A stretch of DNA of 36,685 bases from the NCBI RefSeq assembly GCF_001194135.2, contig NC_068985.1:86289257-86325941 (forward strand). The letters run 5' to 3'. The notes beneath the pieces were generated by a model, which made no database searches, had not been told where the DNA came from, and saw only the letters and a list, made by a program, of their open reading frames with translations. Shown one piece after another: positions 23,721 to 35,170 of the stretch. The stretch is from Octopus bimaculoides (taxonomy: Eukaryota). Position 1 is the stretch's first letter. Each line of letters starts with the position of its first letter. The translations under genes and the position numbers were made by a program.

Positions 23721-24207
23721 ATCATCATCATCGTTATTTAACGTCCACTTTCCATGCTAGCATGGGTTGGACGATTTGACTGAGGACTGGTGGACCAGGA
23801 GGCAACACCAGGCTCCAATCTGATTTGGCAGAATTTCTACTGCTGTATGCCCTTCCTAACGCCAACCACTCCAAGAGTGTAGTGGGTGCTTTTACGTGCC
23901 ACTGGCACGAAGGCCAGTCAGGTGGTATTGGTTATGGCCATGCTCAAAATGGTGTATTTTACGTGCCACCTGCACAGGAGCCAGTCCAGCGGCACTGGCA
24001 ACAACCTCGCTTGAATGTCTTTTCATGTGCCACTGGCAGAAGTGCCAGGAAGGTGACGCTTGTAATGATCATGCTCAAATGGTGCTATTTACGTGCCACT
24101 GGCATGGAAGCCAGACAGCTGCTCTGGCAATGATCACGTTCGGACGGTGCTCTTAGCACTCCACTAGTACAGGTGCCATCACGATTTCGCTTTCACTTGC
24201 CCCAACA

Positions 24208-24208
<1 letters not shown>
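23721..24208 (-). mobile_element. RTE-tailed short element, family B, with 5 internal ~64-67 bp units
   Basis: (CAT)n tail, TTTAACGTCCACTTTCCATGCTAGCATGGG, and units at 23894, 23961, 24025, 24091 and about 24155. Confidence 0.85.
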
Positions 24209-24250
<42 letters not shown>

Positions 24251-24274
24251 AATGTATGTAGGCATGCATATGTG

Positions 24275-24480
24275 TGTGTCTTTGTCTTCCATCACTACAA
24301 CTGGTGTTGGTGTGTTTATGTCCCCGTAGCTTAGCGTTTCAGCAAACAAGACCAATAGAATAAATACCAGGTTAAAAACAAAAAAAAAATAAGTTCTGGG
24401 GTCAATCCATTTGGCTAAAAATTTTTCAAAGTGGTTCCCCACCATGGCCACCATGCTGATGACTGAAACAAATGAAAGAA
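24275..24480 (+). mobile_element. Family A SINE, tail half
   Basis: ACAACTGGTGTTGGTGTGTTTATGTCCCCGTAGCTTAG...ATGACTGAAACAA matches the reverse complement of 55-240. Confidence 0.75.
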
Positions 24481-24964
24481 AAACAAAAAATCACAGATCA
24501 GAAATTACTTCTGATTGGATTTTAATATTTGTTTCAGCCAATCACTTTTGTGAGAGAAAAATTTCTAATTTCCTTCTTGAAGTTTTTGCTTTTTCCACAA
24601 GTTATTTGATTATGAACTATGCAGCTCAACAAGATATATGCATCACTTCATACAAACACAAAAATATAAAATAAAAATAAATGATTTAAAACATGGAATT
24701 AATTTAGAAACGTGTTCCATGGGCATAGCCAAGATTTCAGTTAAAGGAAAGGGAGGTTGTTAATTATTTAAATGAATCCATCATTAGCTGTCTAATTTGT
24801 GAAAATTAAAATAAATGTTGGATAATTATTATATTTGCATAAAACTGCAATCAGGTTTGTCTGAACCTGTTGAACTGCAAATGGCAGTGTATGCACATTC
24901 ATCCACATAAGTGCACACCAACAGAATTTCTTTCAAATATTCGTAACTATAAAATATAATATCA

Positions 24965-25060
24965 ATGGTTTTTATGTCTGTTTTTCCATGCTAGCATGGG
25001 TTAGACGAATATATTACCAAGGCATTGTTTATGTGGCTGGATGCCCTTCCTGCTGTTGGA
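24965..25060 (-). mobile_element. Family B fragment
   Basis: TTTCCATGCTAGCATGGGTTAGACG and GGCTGGATGCCCTTCCT. Confidence 0.65.
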
Positions 25061-25202
25061 CCCTAAATCTGTTTTTCAAGTAGAGGATGTTTTATTCCAC
25101 GTATTTTTGAAGGAACAAACCCAGCAGATGACCTATTGACAGGAAAAGAGCAACAATGTCAACACACAAAGTTGAGTGATTTTTTGGAGAAGCAAAAATG
25201 TA

Positions 25203-25240
<38 letters not shown>

Positions 25241-25384
25241 GATGTTTATCAGTTCCCCTTTATCAAGTTCTCTCAAAACACTCCCAATGTTTTGGTCAAC
25301 CTGGGGCTACTATACAAGATGCTTGCCCAAGGTGCCTGCCAAAAACTACACACCAATACCTATAACTAGTTCAGAAGAAGCTTG

Positions 25385-25720
25385 TTTTAATGTTGCTGAT
25401 GTTTAGCCACAGGCCATCCTACAATGAGCAGATCTATGATCAAAGGCGTCCCAAACCTGTCCTCTTCATTATTTTCTATATCAGGGACCGTATGATCCAA
25501 CATACCATTGTTGTACTTATTTAATCCCAGCTCAACCTTGATTATTCAGACTCAAGATCAAAAGTGTTCCACTCATGACCATTCCATCTGTTTGTATATC
25601 AATAATTACAACCTCCAATGTGTTCTTCCTATTTTTTAATGTAATAAAATATGATTTGAAGGAATTTGGACTGCTATTTTGGGAAGGTATCGTGACTGCA
25701 GAAAGGGTTCTCTTTTATCA
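25385..25720. mobile_element. Family E interspersed repeat with an internally duplicated segment
   Basis: Two similar blocks (TTTAGCCACAGG..GATCAAAGGCGTCCCA and TTTAATCCCAG..GATCAAAAGTGTTCCA), plus GATTTGAAGGAATTTGG.CTGCTATT. Confidence 0.45.
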
Positions 25721-28647
25721 TCTTGCTTCCATTTATTAACATTTTGGTAAATATCATGGGAAATAGTTCTTATGATTACAGAACAAATAGGAACAAATGG
25801 AGACATACGAAATGTGGAATTTGTTATTTTAATATTTCAATATTTCTCTATTTTTCTGGAACCATATTGGCTGTTTGAATTGCTCCATTTGTGAACCCTT
25901 CTATCTGGAATATATCCAATTTCCCAGATTGTCATTCTTATTGTACAGCTACGTTCTGCTCTGAGAGAGCAGATAATGATATGGAAGGGGCTAGAGTAAA
26001 GAGCCAGGCACATTAGATTCACTGATGGATTATTTTGCTGCTTTCTAAGTCTCTTGTCTGTCTTTTTAGCTGGTCTGTCATTTTAGTAATCCTGTTACTG
26101 TTGTGTTTTTGTTGTTGTAAGGTTTACAAGAAATCTGCAATTCTGGCAATGAAAACACTTGAGTATGTTAGTATTAAGTTTATTGTTGTGGAATACTTAT
26201 AGTCAGCTTCTTATAATGAAACCATTTCTATCAAGAATTGACAACAAGGTGCAAAGAATTCCATGCCTTGATAACGTGGCACTGTGCGAAAGTACTTCCA
26301 TCTCTACTACTGTATGTCTTATAGAAAAGTATGTTTGCTAAAAACGTACACGACATAAAAAATAAATGTCTTTCCTGATGAAGAAGTGACAAGAAATCCA
26401 TTTTTTTATACACGATATGCTGCTATAAACTTGGCATTCGGGATTTTATAGTGAAATTATTCCATGGAGAAGAAAAGCTAAAACCTCAAAATAAAATGGT
26501 TATATTCAACAAGATAGAGTTTTCTTAGCGTCATTTTTTTTTCACTCAATAAAAAGAAAGTACAAAATATAAACAAAAAGGAAAAAAAGACAGAGGAAGG
26601 AAATTAAAGAAAGAAGAAAATTTGCTTTTATTTTTTGAAATAGATAAGAGAATCTATTTTTTTTTATTTCTAAGGAGTAAATGATAAAAGAAGAGAAGTG
26701 AGAAGACCTGAGACAAAGGCAAACAGGAAATGGAAATTTGGGAATATACAATTATATATAATCACACATACAAACACATGCATACATACACAGACGCACA
26801 CATACACATATGTGTGTGAGTGTGTATTTATATGTATATATATGCATAATATATATAAATATGTATAAATAAATATATATGCATAAATAAATATGTATAT
26901 ATATATAAATAAGTATTAATATATGTATATATAAATAAGTATATATATATATATATATATATNNNNNNNNNNNNNNNNNNNNNNNNNNNNNNNNNNNNNN
27001 NNNNNNNNNNNNNNNNNNNNNNNNNNNNNNNNNNNNNNNNNNNNNNNNNNNNNNNNNNNNNNNNNNNNNNNNNNNNNNNNNNNNNNNNNNNNNNNNNNNN
27101 NNNNNNNNNNNNNNNNNNNNNNNNNNNNNNNNNNNNNNNNNNNNNNNNNNNNNNNNNNNNNNNNNNNNNNNNNNNNNNNNNNNNNNNNNNNNNNNNNNNN
27201 NNNNNNNNNNNNNNNNNNNNNNNNNNNNNNNNNNNNNNNNNNNNNNNNNNNNNNNNNNNNNNNNNNNNNNNNNNNNNNNNNNNNNNNNNNNNNNNNNNNN
27301 NNNNNNNNNNNNNNNNNNNNNNNNNNNNNNNNNNNNNNNNNNNNNNNNNNNNNNNNNNNNNNNNNNNNNNNNNNNNNNNNNNNNNNNNNNNNNNNNNNNN
27401 NNNNNNNNNNNNNNNNNNNNNNNNNNNNNNNNNNNNNNNNNNNNNNNNNNNNNNNNNNNNNNNNNNNNNNNNNNNNNNNNNNNNNNNNNNNNNNNNNNNN
27501 NNNNNNNNNNNNNNNNNNNNNNNNNNNNNNNNNNNNNNNNNNNNNNNNNNNNNNNNNNNNNNNNNNNNNNNNNNNNNNNNNNNNNNNNNNNNNNNNNNNN
27601 NNNNNNNNNNNNNNNNNNNNNNNNNNNNNNNNNNNNNNNNNNNNNNNNNNNNNNNNNNNNNNNNNNNNNNNNNNNNNNNNNNNNNNNNNNNNNNNNAACA
27701 CTGCAGGGTCTCTGAGTAGGCTTGTAAAAATTAGCACTTCCTTCTCCAAGCCTAGATTCGAAACCGATTCAAAGAATGCTCGGTCGTCCAAACCACCGCG
27801 ATCAACAGGTGCGATCGAAAACAGGTTTTCTTTGTCCCATCAACAAATGATTGATTATCTCCCTTTGACCACTGACCTCAGCCATTTCAGGCGAAGTTCA
27901 AATGGACAGGAGCTGGCCTTTTAAGGTACAAACTCTGCAGAGCAAGGTCTACGACACGACAGCTTTTCTCAGAGACCAGAGCAATGTTCGAAGTTCCACG
28001 GTAGACAATTCTCTCAGGCGAACTACGTACACACATATTCATTTGTGACATATCATTTCCACAGATGTACCCTGTTTCTATTTTCTAGCAACTCGTAGCA
28101 GTTGTCAACATTTTGCATGTAGTGAAGAATTAGGTGTACCAATGACAAATTAAGTCCATTGAGTAAATTATTTCTAATTATGAATCGATTCACTCATTTG
28201 TTTACTTCAAAGGCACACACATTCCTTTTGCATCTGTTTACCATGATAGACATTTAACCACCACAGGTTTTTAGATTGTGTATTTAACCATACACACACA
28301 TATGTATAGTCACATACGCATGCACAAGCACAAATCAACGGGCAAACACACATAAGCGCACACATACACATGTATACACACACACACACTCACAGACACA
28401 TGTCAAGTTGTCTCAGTTAATTCTTCAAAGTAGTTTTAGAAAATTTTATCTGAAGCTGATATTGTTTCATTGAGAATCATTAGAAGTATCACATCAGAGA
28501 TGAAGCACATCTTCATATTTATATCTCGAGGTTATATTAAAGAGTAAAGGGTGGTATTTGAGGAGAATATTTCATATTTGAAATATTGAAATACATGATT
28601 ACAATAATATCCAAACCAATAAACAATAATATTAATTTCTAACATTA

Positions 28648-28865
28648 AGGAGGTGAACTGGTAAAGTCATTAACATCCAGGCAAAATGCTTTGCGGCATT
28701 TCGTCTATCTTTACGTTCTGAGTTCAAATTCTGTCAAGATCGACTTTTCCGTTTATGCTTTAGGAGGTCGATGAAATAGGTACTACCAGTTATGTACTGG
28801 GGTCAATGTAATCGCCTTACCTCCTCTCCTGAAATTGCTGGCCTCGCACCAAAATTTGAAACCAA
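28648..28865 (+). mobile_element. SINE, family C
   Basis: CTTTACGTTCTGAGTTCAAAT core (B-box-like GTTCAAAT) recurring at several loci in this window. Confidence 0.7.
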
Positions 28866-28879
28866 TGTTAATTTCTAAA

Positions 28880-29060
28880 TTGATACAAGAGCACAAATTC
28901 AGGGGAGGGTGTAGTTCTTTAAATGACCCCATTACTTGAGTGGAACTTTATTTTATCAACCAGTTGAATGGATGGGAGATAAAGTTAACTCCAGTGGGAT
29001 TTGAACACAGAACGTAAAGAAGCAGAAGAAATACTGACGTTGTAACAATTCTGTCAATTC
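28880..29060 (-). mobile_element. SINE, family C (inverted relative to the neighbour)
   Basis: 28999-29019 is the reverse complement of 28709-28729 at 20 of 21 positions. Confidence 0.65.
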
Positions 29061-29099
29061 TAATGCTGATTGTATTTGTTTTTAACAAGGGCGCAGTCA

Positions 29100-29200
29100 G
29101 TACCTTCGAAAGTTATTCTATTTTATCCGTCCAAGAAAGCTGAAAGAGGAAGATAACATAGAGAGGATTTGAACTCAGAACATAAAAAAAAAATCTCGAA
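29100..29200 (-). mobile_element. Family C fragment
   Basis: GATTTGAACTCAGAACATAAA. Confidence 0.5.
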
Positions 29201-29794
29201 CAAATACTATTGTAGCAAGACTCGAACCGAGTCGCCACATTGCAAACTTCAAACCATGGCATCGCTCGACTCTTTCACATATAAGGTCAAGTTATTAGCC
29301 AATTAACAGTCGGTTTTCACATGATAGTTTTCACCAGATCCTTCTAGAACGGTAATAAGCCTAAACTCAACATGTGCGAAACTCTGGTCCGATACACACA
29401 TTGTTTCACTTCTTATGTAGTCATTCTAATGACTGCACAATCACACTGATATGTGTTATATATGATGGCAGATGTGAAACGATGCATCAGTACATTCCAG
29501 TGTTTAAACCAGCCCCAGTTCTGAGCCTTTATATCTAGCTAACCATGGGTGTTGCAATATGCTTCTCACTGACATGCTGGCTCCATGTGAAGGTTATTGT
29601 AACTCATGACAACCTCAGTATGACTTGTAGCAGTGTAGATGAAATCACATTTAAATTGGAATGGCGTTTTTGCATCAATTACACACAGCCTTGCATGCAT
29701 AACCAACCAGCTACACACACCCACAACTGCAAACCTTTTTTTCCAACACTGTAACGAATCTACCGACCGACCATCCTTTAATGACATTCTTTCT

Positions 29795-30040
29795 AATATA
29801 GGCACGAGGCTTGGAATTCAGGGAGGAAGAAGGAACAATCGATTTCATACTCGGCCCTCCAGTACTTTGACTGGCACAAACGTTTGAAGATCAGACAAAA
29901 TACCTTGTAGTCTTTGTTCTGGATCTCTGAATTCAGATCCCACCAAGGTCAAATTTGCTTTTCGTCTTTTTGGGATTGGTAGAAATAAAGACCCCGTTCA
30001 AGACGCTGGATTGATGGAATTGTCAGAGTCTTTGTGGTTC
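29795..30040. mobile_element. Two family C fragments (minus 29795-29885; plus about 29925-30040)
   Basis: Tail-like GGCACGAGGCTTGGAATTCAGGGAGG and core-like TCTGAATTCAGATCCC..TTTGCTTTTCGTC. Confidence 0.4.
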
Positions 30041-30266
30041 TTGTTTCAAGTCTTGATATTCTGAGTTCCTAGGATGTAGACTTAATCCAGTCCCAGGTTT
30101 AATATCCCCATCTTGTTCTCGGTCGACTTTAGTGGAATTCACCTGGCTTCAGCCCAGGTCCTTGGTACGAGGAAAACATCCTGTCTTCCAACGACCTTTC
30201 ACAAAATCCACGAGAAAGAAAATAAAAACAATGAACCATAGGCATTACCCTTCACTCACTAACAGG

Positions 30267-30293
30267 AACTACTACTACTGCTGCTGCTGTTGT

Positions 30294-30325
<32 letters not shown>

Positions 30326-30360
30326 CTGCTGATGATGATGATGATAGTAATAATAATAAT
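30267..30360. repeat. Compound trinucleotide repeat (CTA)(CTG/TTG)(GAT)(TAA)
   Basis: Direct reading; source of the poly-Cys ORF. Confidence 0.9.
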
Positions 30361-31015
30361 TTCTTTATTCACCACTGAGGGTTTTATATAAGAGATTGGA
30401 GACAACATAGGACAACACAACACCAAAAGAGTGGGATTTAGACGTGTAAAAAAGAAATAACAATAAAAAATTATTACATAAAAATCCCAAGAGGGAAGCT
30501 TTCAAGGGCTGCTTGAGTAAACACCACAAAAACAACAATCGCTCTGACCTTTAGGACAAGTGCCCTCTCCACTTCATGTACTCTTGACCTAGAGGCGCAT
30601 GCTTCACTCAGACCATTCACGTTACATTCAACCACCTTTTAACAAAATTGCTGGGAGGCAGCACTTCCTTCACTTTCCTTTTTAAGTGGAACTTTAAAAA
30701 GGTGATGAGAGCTTGGCTAAAGAGGCAATTGTCTGTCTTCAGAGAACGTGCAGAACAGTTTCGTTGCTCTGTGTGCACCTTAGGCAAACCTGGCTGATGA
30801 TACTTCCATGCCTGTAGAGTTTATCCTGAATCGGCAATGGCCCCCACCCCCAGTAGCAAGGCCAGGGATTTCTGGGAGTTATCCATGGGCCCGGTATGAA
30901 AGTCCTCCAGAACAGACTAACCAACTCATTCTCATCGACGCCCAGAGTCTCCCCAAGAACGTCATCGCACTTGCCCATCACTAAGCTGCTATAGAACGTT
31001 TGAGTCGAACTTCTA
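30348..31015 (-). mobile_element. 5'-truncated L1/Tx1-type LINE 3' end (zf-RVT region, 3' UTR, AATAAA, (ATT)n tail)
   Basis: LPIQDKLYRHGSIISQVCLRCTQSNETVLHVL resembles the L1/Tx1 C-terminal zinc motif. Minus-strand AATAAA at 30369-30364 is followed by (ATT)n. Confidence 0.7.
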
Positions 31016-32270
31016 ATAAAATGGTCACAGAATATTTCTGTGCATTCAAAACCAAATTTCTTGAGAGTATTTGTGTGAATTATTGTGACAGTCTTATTAG
31101 ACCTAAACTTTTTGTATTCACCCTGAATTAACTGTGGACTTTCCAATACAATCTGAGCTATAGTCGCATCAGAATCACCGTATATTCTGCATTTAAATGA
31201 ATAATTCTACCCATACACTATTCTGTTGATTCAATTTACCTTAAAGACTTGCTTCTGCACTGCTAGTATCATTCTTTCACTTTCCTACTTGAATATTCTT
31301 TTCTTTAACCAGAACTAGCCGTCCTTATCATTTCTTATTTCTTTCAGCTTTTCCTCTTCAAACTTCAATTTCCATTTTCCATATGTTTTCCATTTCCATC
31401 TTTGGGTTCTACAAATTCTCTTCATTTTTTACCTCCTCAAGGAGAACTTCTTTTCTTTTTAATAGAAACCTAGACATGTTTTCTCCAGTTCTGCAGCCAC
31501 TTCAACATTCGTTAAACTTCCTCCTTCTGTCCTCTCCCAGTAAAACTGATCCATACCTGAGTGGCGTTGCATCCTTCCATGTTTTGTCAGCTGCTTCCAC
31601 GTTTTCCTGAAGACATGCTTCAGCTCATCCTGTCTCCATTCAATAATCCCTACTCCATACCTTATTAAGGAGACTGCCTTCAAGTTGGTTGCTTCAATAT
31701 TTTCCTGCATTCAATTTAGAGGATTTTAAAATCTTCATTCTTTACTGAAGACTTCTTTTATTTCTGTACTTTTGTTTTTATCAGTTCCAGTTCTCCAAGA
31801 TTTTTATATTCTTATTCTACGTTTAATGATTTTATATCCTCATCATTAGGTAGAACCTATTCTTGTACATTTTATGAATTCTCCCACTTCATTGCCATCA
31901 TAAGCATATTCCTCAATTCCGAATGTCAACCCAGAGTCTCTACTAAATTTTCCTATGGTTTGTTGATTCTTCTCTTGGTCATAAAGCTTTAAATTATTCA
32001 AAAATAGATTATTTGATTTTTTTTCCCATTCTTTTCCAGTGGCTCTCCTTCCTTCAATATAATCGGATATCGACAAGAAAATGAGGAAGCAGCTGACAAT
32101 CCACAGAAACATGAATCTCCGAACTGGTTAGATTGGAAAATAGCAGAAGGAGAAAGAAGCTTCTTGAGTGGCAAAAATATTGCAAAACAAAGGAAAGCAG
32201 AAAAACCTATATTCTTACACTTGATTCTAGAATTTAGGACAACACACTGCAGCCAACTCACTGTAGTCAA
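31016..32270 (-). mobile_element. Decayed R4/Dong-clade non-LTR retrotransposon (RT C-terminal half plus degenerate CCHC); may extend to about 32700
   Basis: NNLFLNNLKLY (RT domain 5 decay), FSRDSGLTFGIE, AVSLIRYGVGIIEWRQDEL..RKTWKQLTKHG...FYWERTEGG, and KCRIYGDSDATIAQIVLESPQLIQGEY. Confidence 0.75.
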
Positions 32271-34042
32271 TTTGCTACAAATACAAGAATAAGAAAACTC
32301 ACAATGATATAGGAAAAAGATTTTATTTCAGTAGAATTTTGTATAATAAAACAAATTTTATAAAGAATTTTCAAGCCTGAAAAAAGTTTTAAAATGTGAA
32401 ATTCTATGAAAAGTTATTGGCAATTCTGTTACTAAGATATTCAGCAAAGTTTTAATTTTTCACCTTGATTCTTCCATCTGATTCGTTGGAATTTTAAAAA
32501 CTTGACTGTAGGACTTCATCCTGCAGTCTGCTATTCAATACTGATCTCTTTTAAACCATAAATAAACTTCCTATTCGTAGATTGTTCTTTCTACACTAAT
32601 TGGTGTGGGTGATTGCTTGTTTAGTTTTTGTCATTTTGTCAATGCAACCTGCATTTCAAATTGTGTTGATAAAATATTCCACAGTTTTCGTGTGTGAATA
32701 AATGATGTACATCAGTCATTGCCTCTTCTGACTCATTATGACTGAACTTCTTGTCAAAATAGCAAGGCATAGCTATACACTGAAATACTTCTACCCTCTA
32801 TAACTCTGAAGAAAAATAGCTCATAAAAAGATTTGGTCACCGACCAGTTAGAGCCATGAATGCGTCATCCGACAGAGGGCGCCCTTTGTTTAAAAACCAA
32901 CGTTGCTTATAAATTTGTCGCAATGGGGGGCTTTATTACCATTGATGTAGCGGTCTTATTTATATTGTACTTTTGCGATGTGGATTATCGTTGGATATGT
33001 GAATAATAACTGAAGCAATCTCCCGAACCTTTAATTTCAATATTTATTGCCAGAATATGAATTTTGTGCTCGTTATTTACAATGAAAGATACTCATAATA
33101 CAACTGCCCACTGGGAGGAGAGAAAAGCTGTGCCGTGTTTGTAGAAGCTACTTATGAGACATCGTGTGAATATTCAGAATTGGTCTGTCCGTATCCCCCG
33201 AAAGTCATCTGAATAAAAAGTCAGAAGCCATCTGGTCGAATGCTCGAGGTCGTCTGCCTTCTGAGTTCAGTGCCAAACGATTTTTAGAGGGTGAAAAGGT
33301 GCTAGTTTCTAGAAGGTCTGATAAACCATATCACACCACATCTTTACTCTGATTGGTCAATTTATAAATCAATCACATGAAACTGTGCTGTCTCCCTCGT
33401 GATGCCAAATCGAGTATCTAGCGGTTGAGTTCGAATCACTAAAATTTTTGTCAATATCGTGATATATATGGTGGATTGACCAAATAGCAGTTACACAGAA
33501 TAATGGAACACTTTTTAAGCTGACACTACTCAGCGCACGATTCAAACACAGACAAAATACGCAGAAGAAATATCAAAACATAGGTCTAGGTGAGACATTC
33601 AAATGCTGCAACTATCTGAAAGGTAGAGGCACAGTTCATTAGAAAGCAGAAACAAACAATGAGTTGTAGAAGAGAGATAGACACTTGAAAATATATATTT
33701 TATTTCCGAGAAATAAAGTTATGTGATCACACGTTCATGACTTTCAATAGGAGTCAACAAAGATATCAATCCATCTGATGAAAATTTATACAATTCGAAT
33801 GAGATCAGAGAAAATCAATAAAAATTATACTGACAACAAGCTTCCAGTCATAGTTATTTCCTTATATGTTATCGTTCGATTATCCATTTGTTTGTTCACA
33901 TTTTCATCAATGCGCTTGTTATTAGTTTAACGGCATATTCGTGGTCGCTTATGTCCCTCATAACATCACTGACCTATCACCCACAGTGTAAATAAGTTGC
34001 ATGAAATATCAATATATCTTTTATATACATATATATATATTC

Positions 34043-34315
34043 TACCAGTGTCGCCTTCTAGCACTTGTGCTGGTGGCACGTTAGAGAATCATTCGAGCGA
34101 GGTCGTTGCCAGTGCTCTGTGACTGGCCCTCGTGCCTGTGGCACGTAAAAGTACCCACTCTCGGAGTGGTTAGCGTTAGGATGGGCATCCAGCTATAGAA
34201 ACTCTGCCAGATCAGACTGGAGCCTGGTGCAGCCTTCTGGCTTGCCAGTCCTCAGTCAAATCGTCCAACCCATGCTAACATGGAAAGTGGACGTTAAACG
34301 ATGATGATGATGATG

Positions 34316-34317
<2 letters not shown>
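34043..34317 (+). mobile_element. RTE-tailed short element, family B (5' truncated, 2 units visible)
   Basis: Ends CATGCTAACATGGAAAGTGGACGTTAAACGATGATGATG; GTGGCACG at 34073 and 34138 (65 bp apart). Confidence 0.85.
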
Positions 34318-34372
<55 letters not shown>

Positions 34373-34377
<5 letters not shown>

Positions 34378-34560
34378 AGAATTTATGAAAAAACCAAAAG
34401 ACGAAGACAGGTGGTGTAGACAACAAACAAATGTATTAGTTTAATGATCGGGAAGTAAAAAAGTCTTTAATGTTTCGAGCCTACGCTCTTCCACAAACAG
34501 GAACACAGAAAGAAACAAGGAGAGAAAATAAGGAATGTGTAAGAAAAAGCAGAAAGTACA
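34373..34560. mobile_element. Penelope-like terminal fragment
   Basis: Minus strand GAAGAGCGTAGGCTCGAAAC is the hairpin+GAAA layout I recall from PLE termini; no coding sequence. Confidence 0.5.
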
Positions 34561-35006
34561 AGAAAGTTTAATTTTGTTAACGTATATAATTATTTAAATC
34601 CATTTGTTTATCTGTATTATATTTTGTTCATATTTCTTTCATAAGAAAGAAGAAAGCAAAAGACCACTGTTGAGGTTACAGAAGTGTGACGAAAGAACTC
34701 TGACCGAAATACAATTAATGTAAAAAATAAAATAAAGCTGAAGCAAATTAACACCAAATATGTAGTGCGTGTGTTTTTATTGGCAAAACTGGCAGCATGA
34801 CCGTCCCCAAATATAGCAATATCTGTTTCAACACATGATTTCACATCAAGAAACTTTTGTACTTGAAAGAAAAGAAATATTGCAATGCTAGCCTTTCGGT
34901 GACAATCTTTTTACAATGAATCAGTTTATTCCTGTAAAACGAAGCTATTTCTCATCAACAATTGAGGATGTGTAAATTCACAGAACAGAATGGCATGTTT
35001 TTTCAG

Positions 35007-35170
35007 AGAGGCTCAACTCCATCGGTTTTCAGAGCCTTTCGTACTGAAGAATTTAAATGAACTAATAAATAAAATGAAGAAAGCTTTTAACAATGGAGAG
35101 ATGAAAGCTGAAAAATCTTTATATATTTCGGGCGCAAAATCCATCATGCAAAAAGTACAGTCAAAGAAAT
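35007..35170 (+). CDS. Candidate 164-nt internal exon of an unidentified gene
   Basis: TTTTTTCAG acceptor, open frame EAQLHRFSEPFVLKNLNEL...KVQSKK, and GTATGT donor; no recognisable homology. Confidence 0.2.

Noticed and set aside
23890-24180. CRISPR-like periodic array
   Set aside because: Whole units are homologous (no unique spacers), the array sits inside a retroposon, the context is eukaryotic, and there are no cas genes
26122-26330. Two phase-compatible mini-exons
   Set aside because: The implied intron is only 40 nt and there is no recognisable protein
29219-29228. B-box GGTTCGAGTC on the minus strand
   Set aside because: No convincing A box or tRNA fold
30267-30332. Poly-Cys ORF end
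   Set aside because: Trinucleotide microsatellite
33775-33806. CTGATGA-hairpin-GAAT hammerhead-like string
   Set aside because: GAAT instead of GAAA, A-C at the helix II base, and no helix I or III
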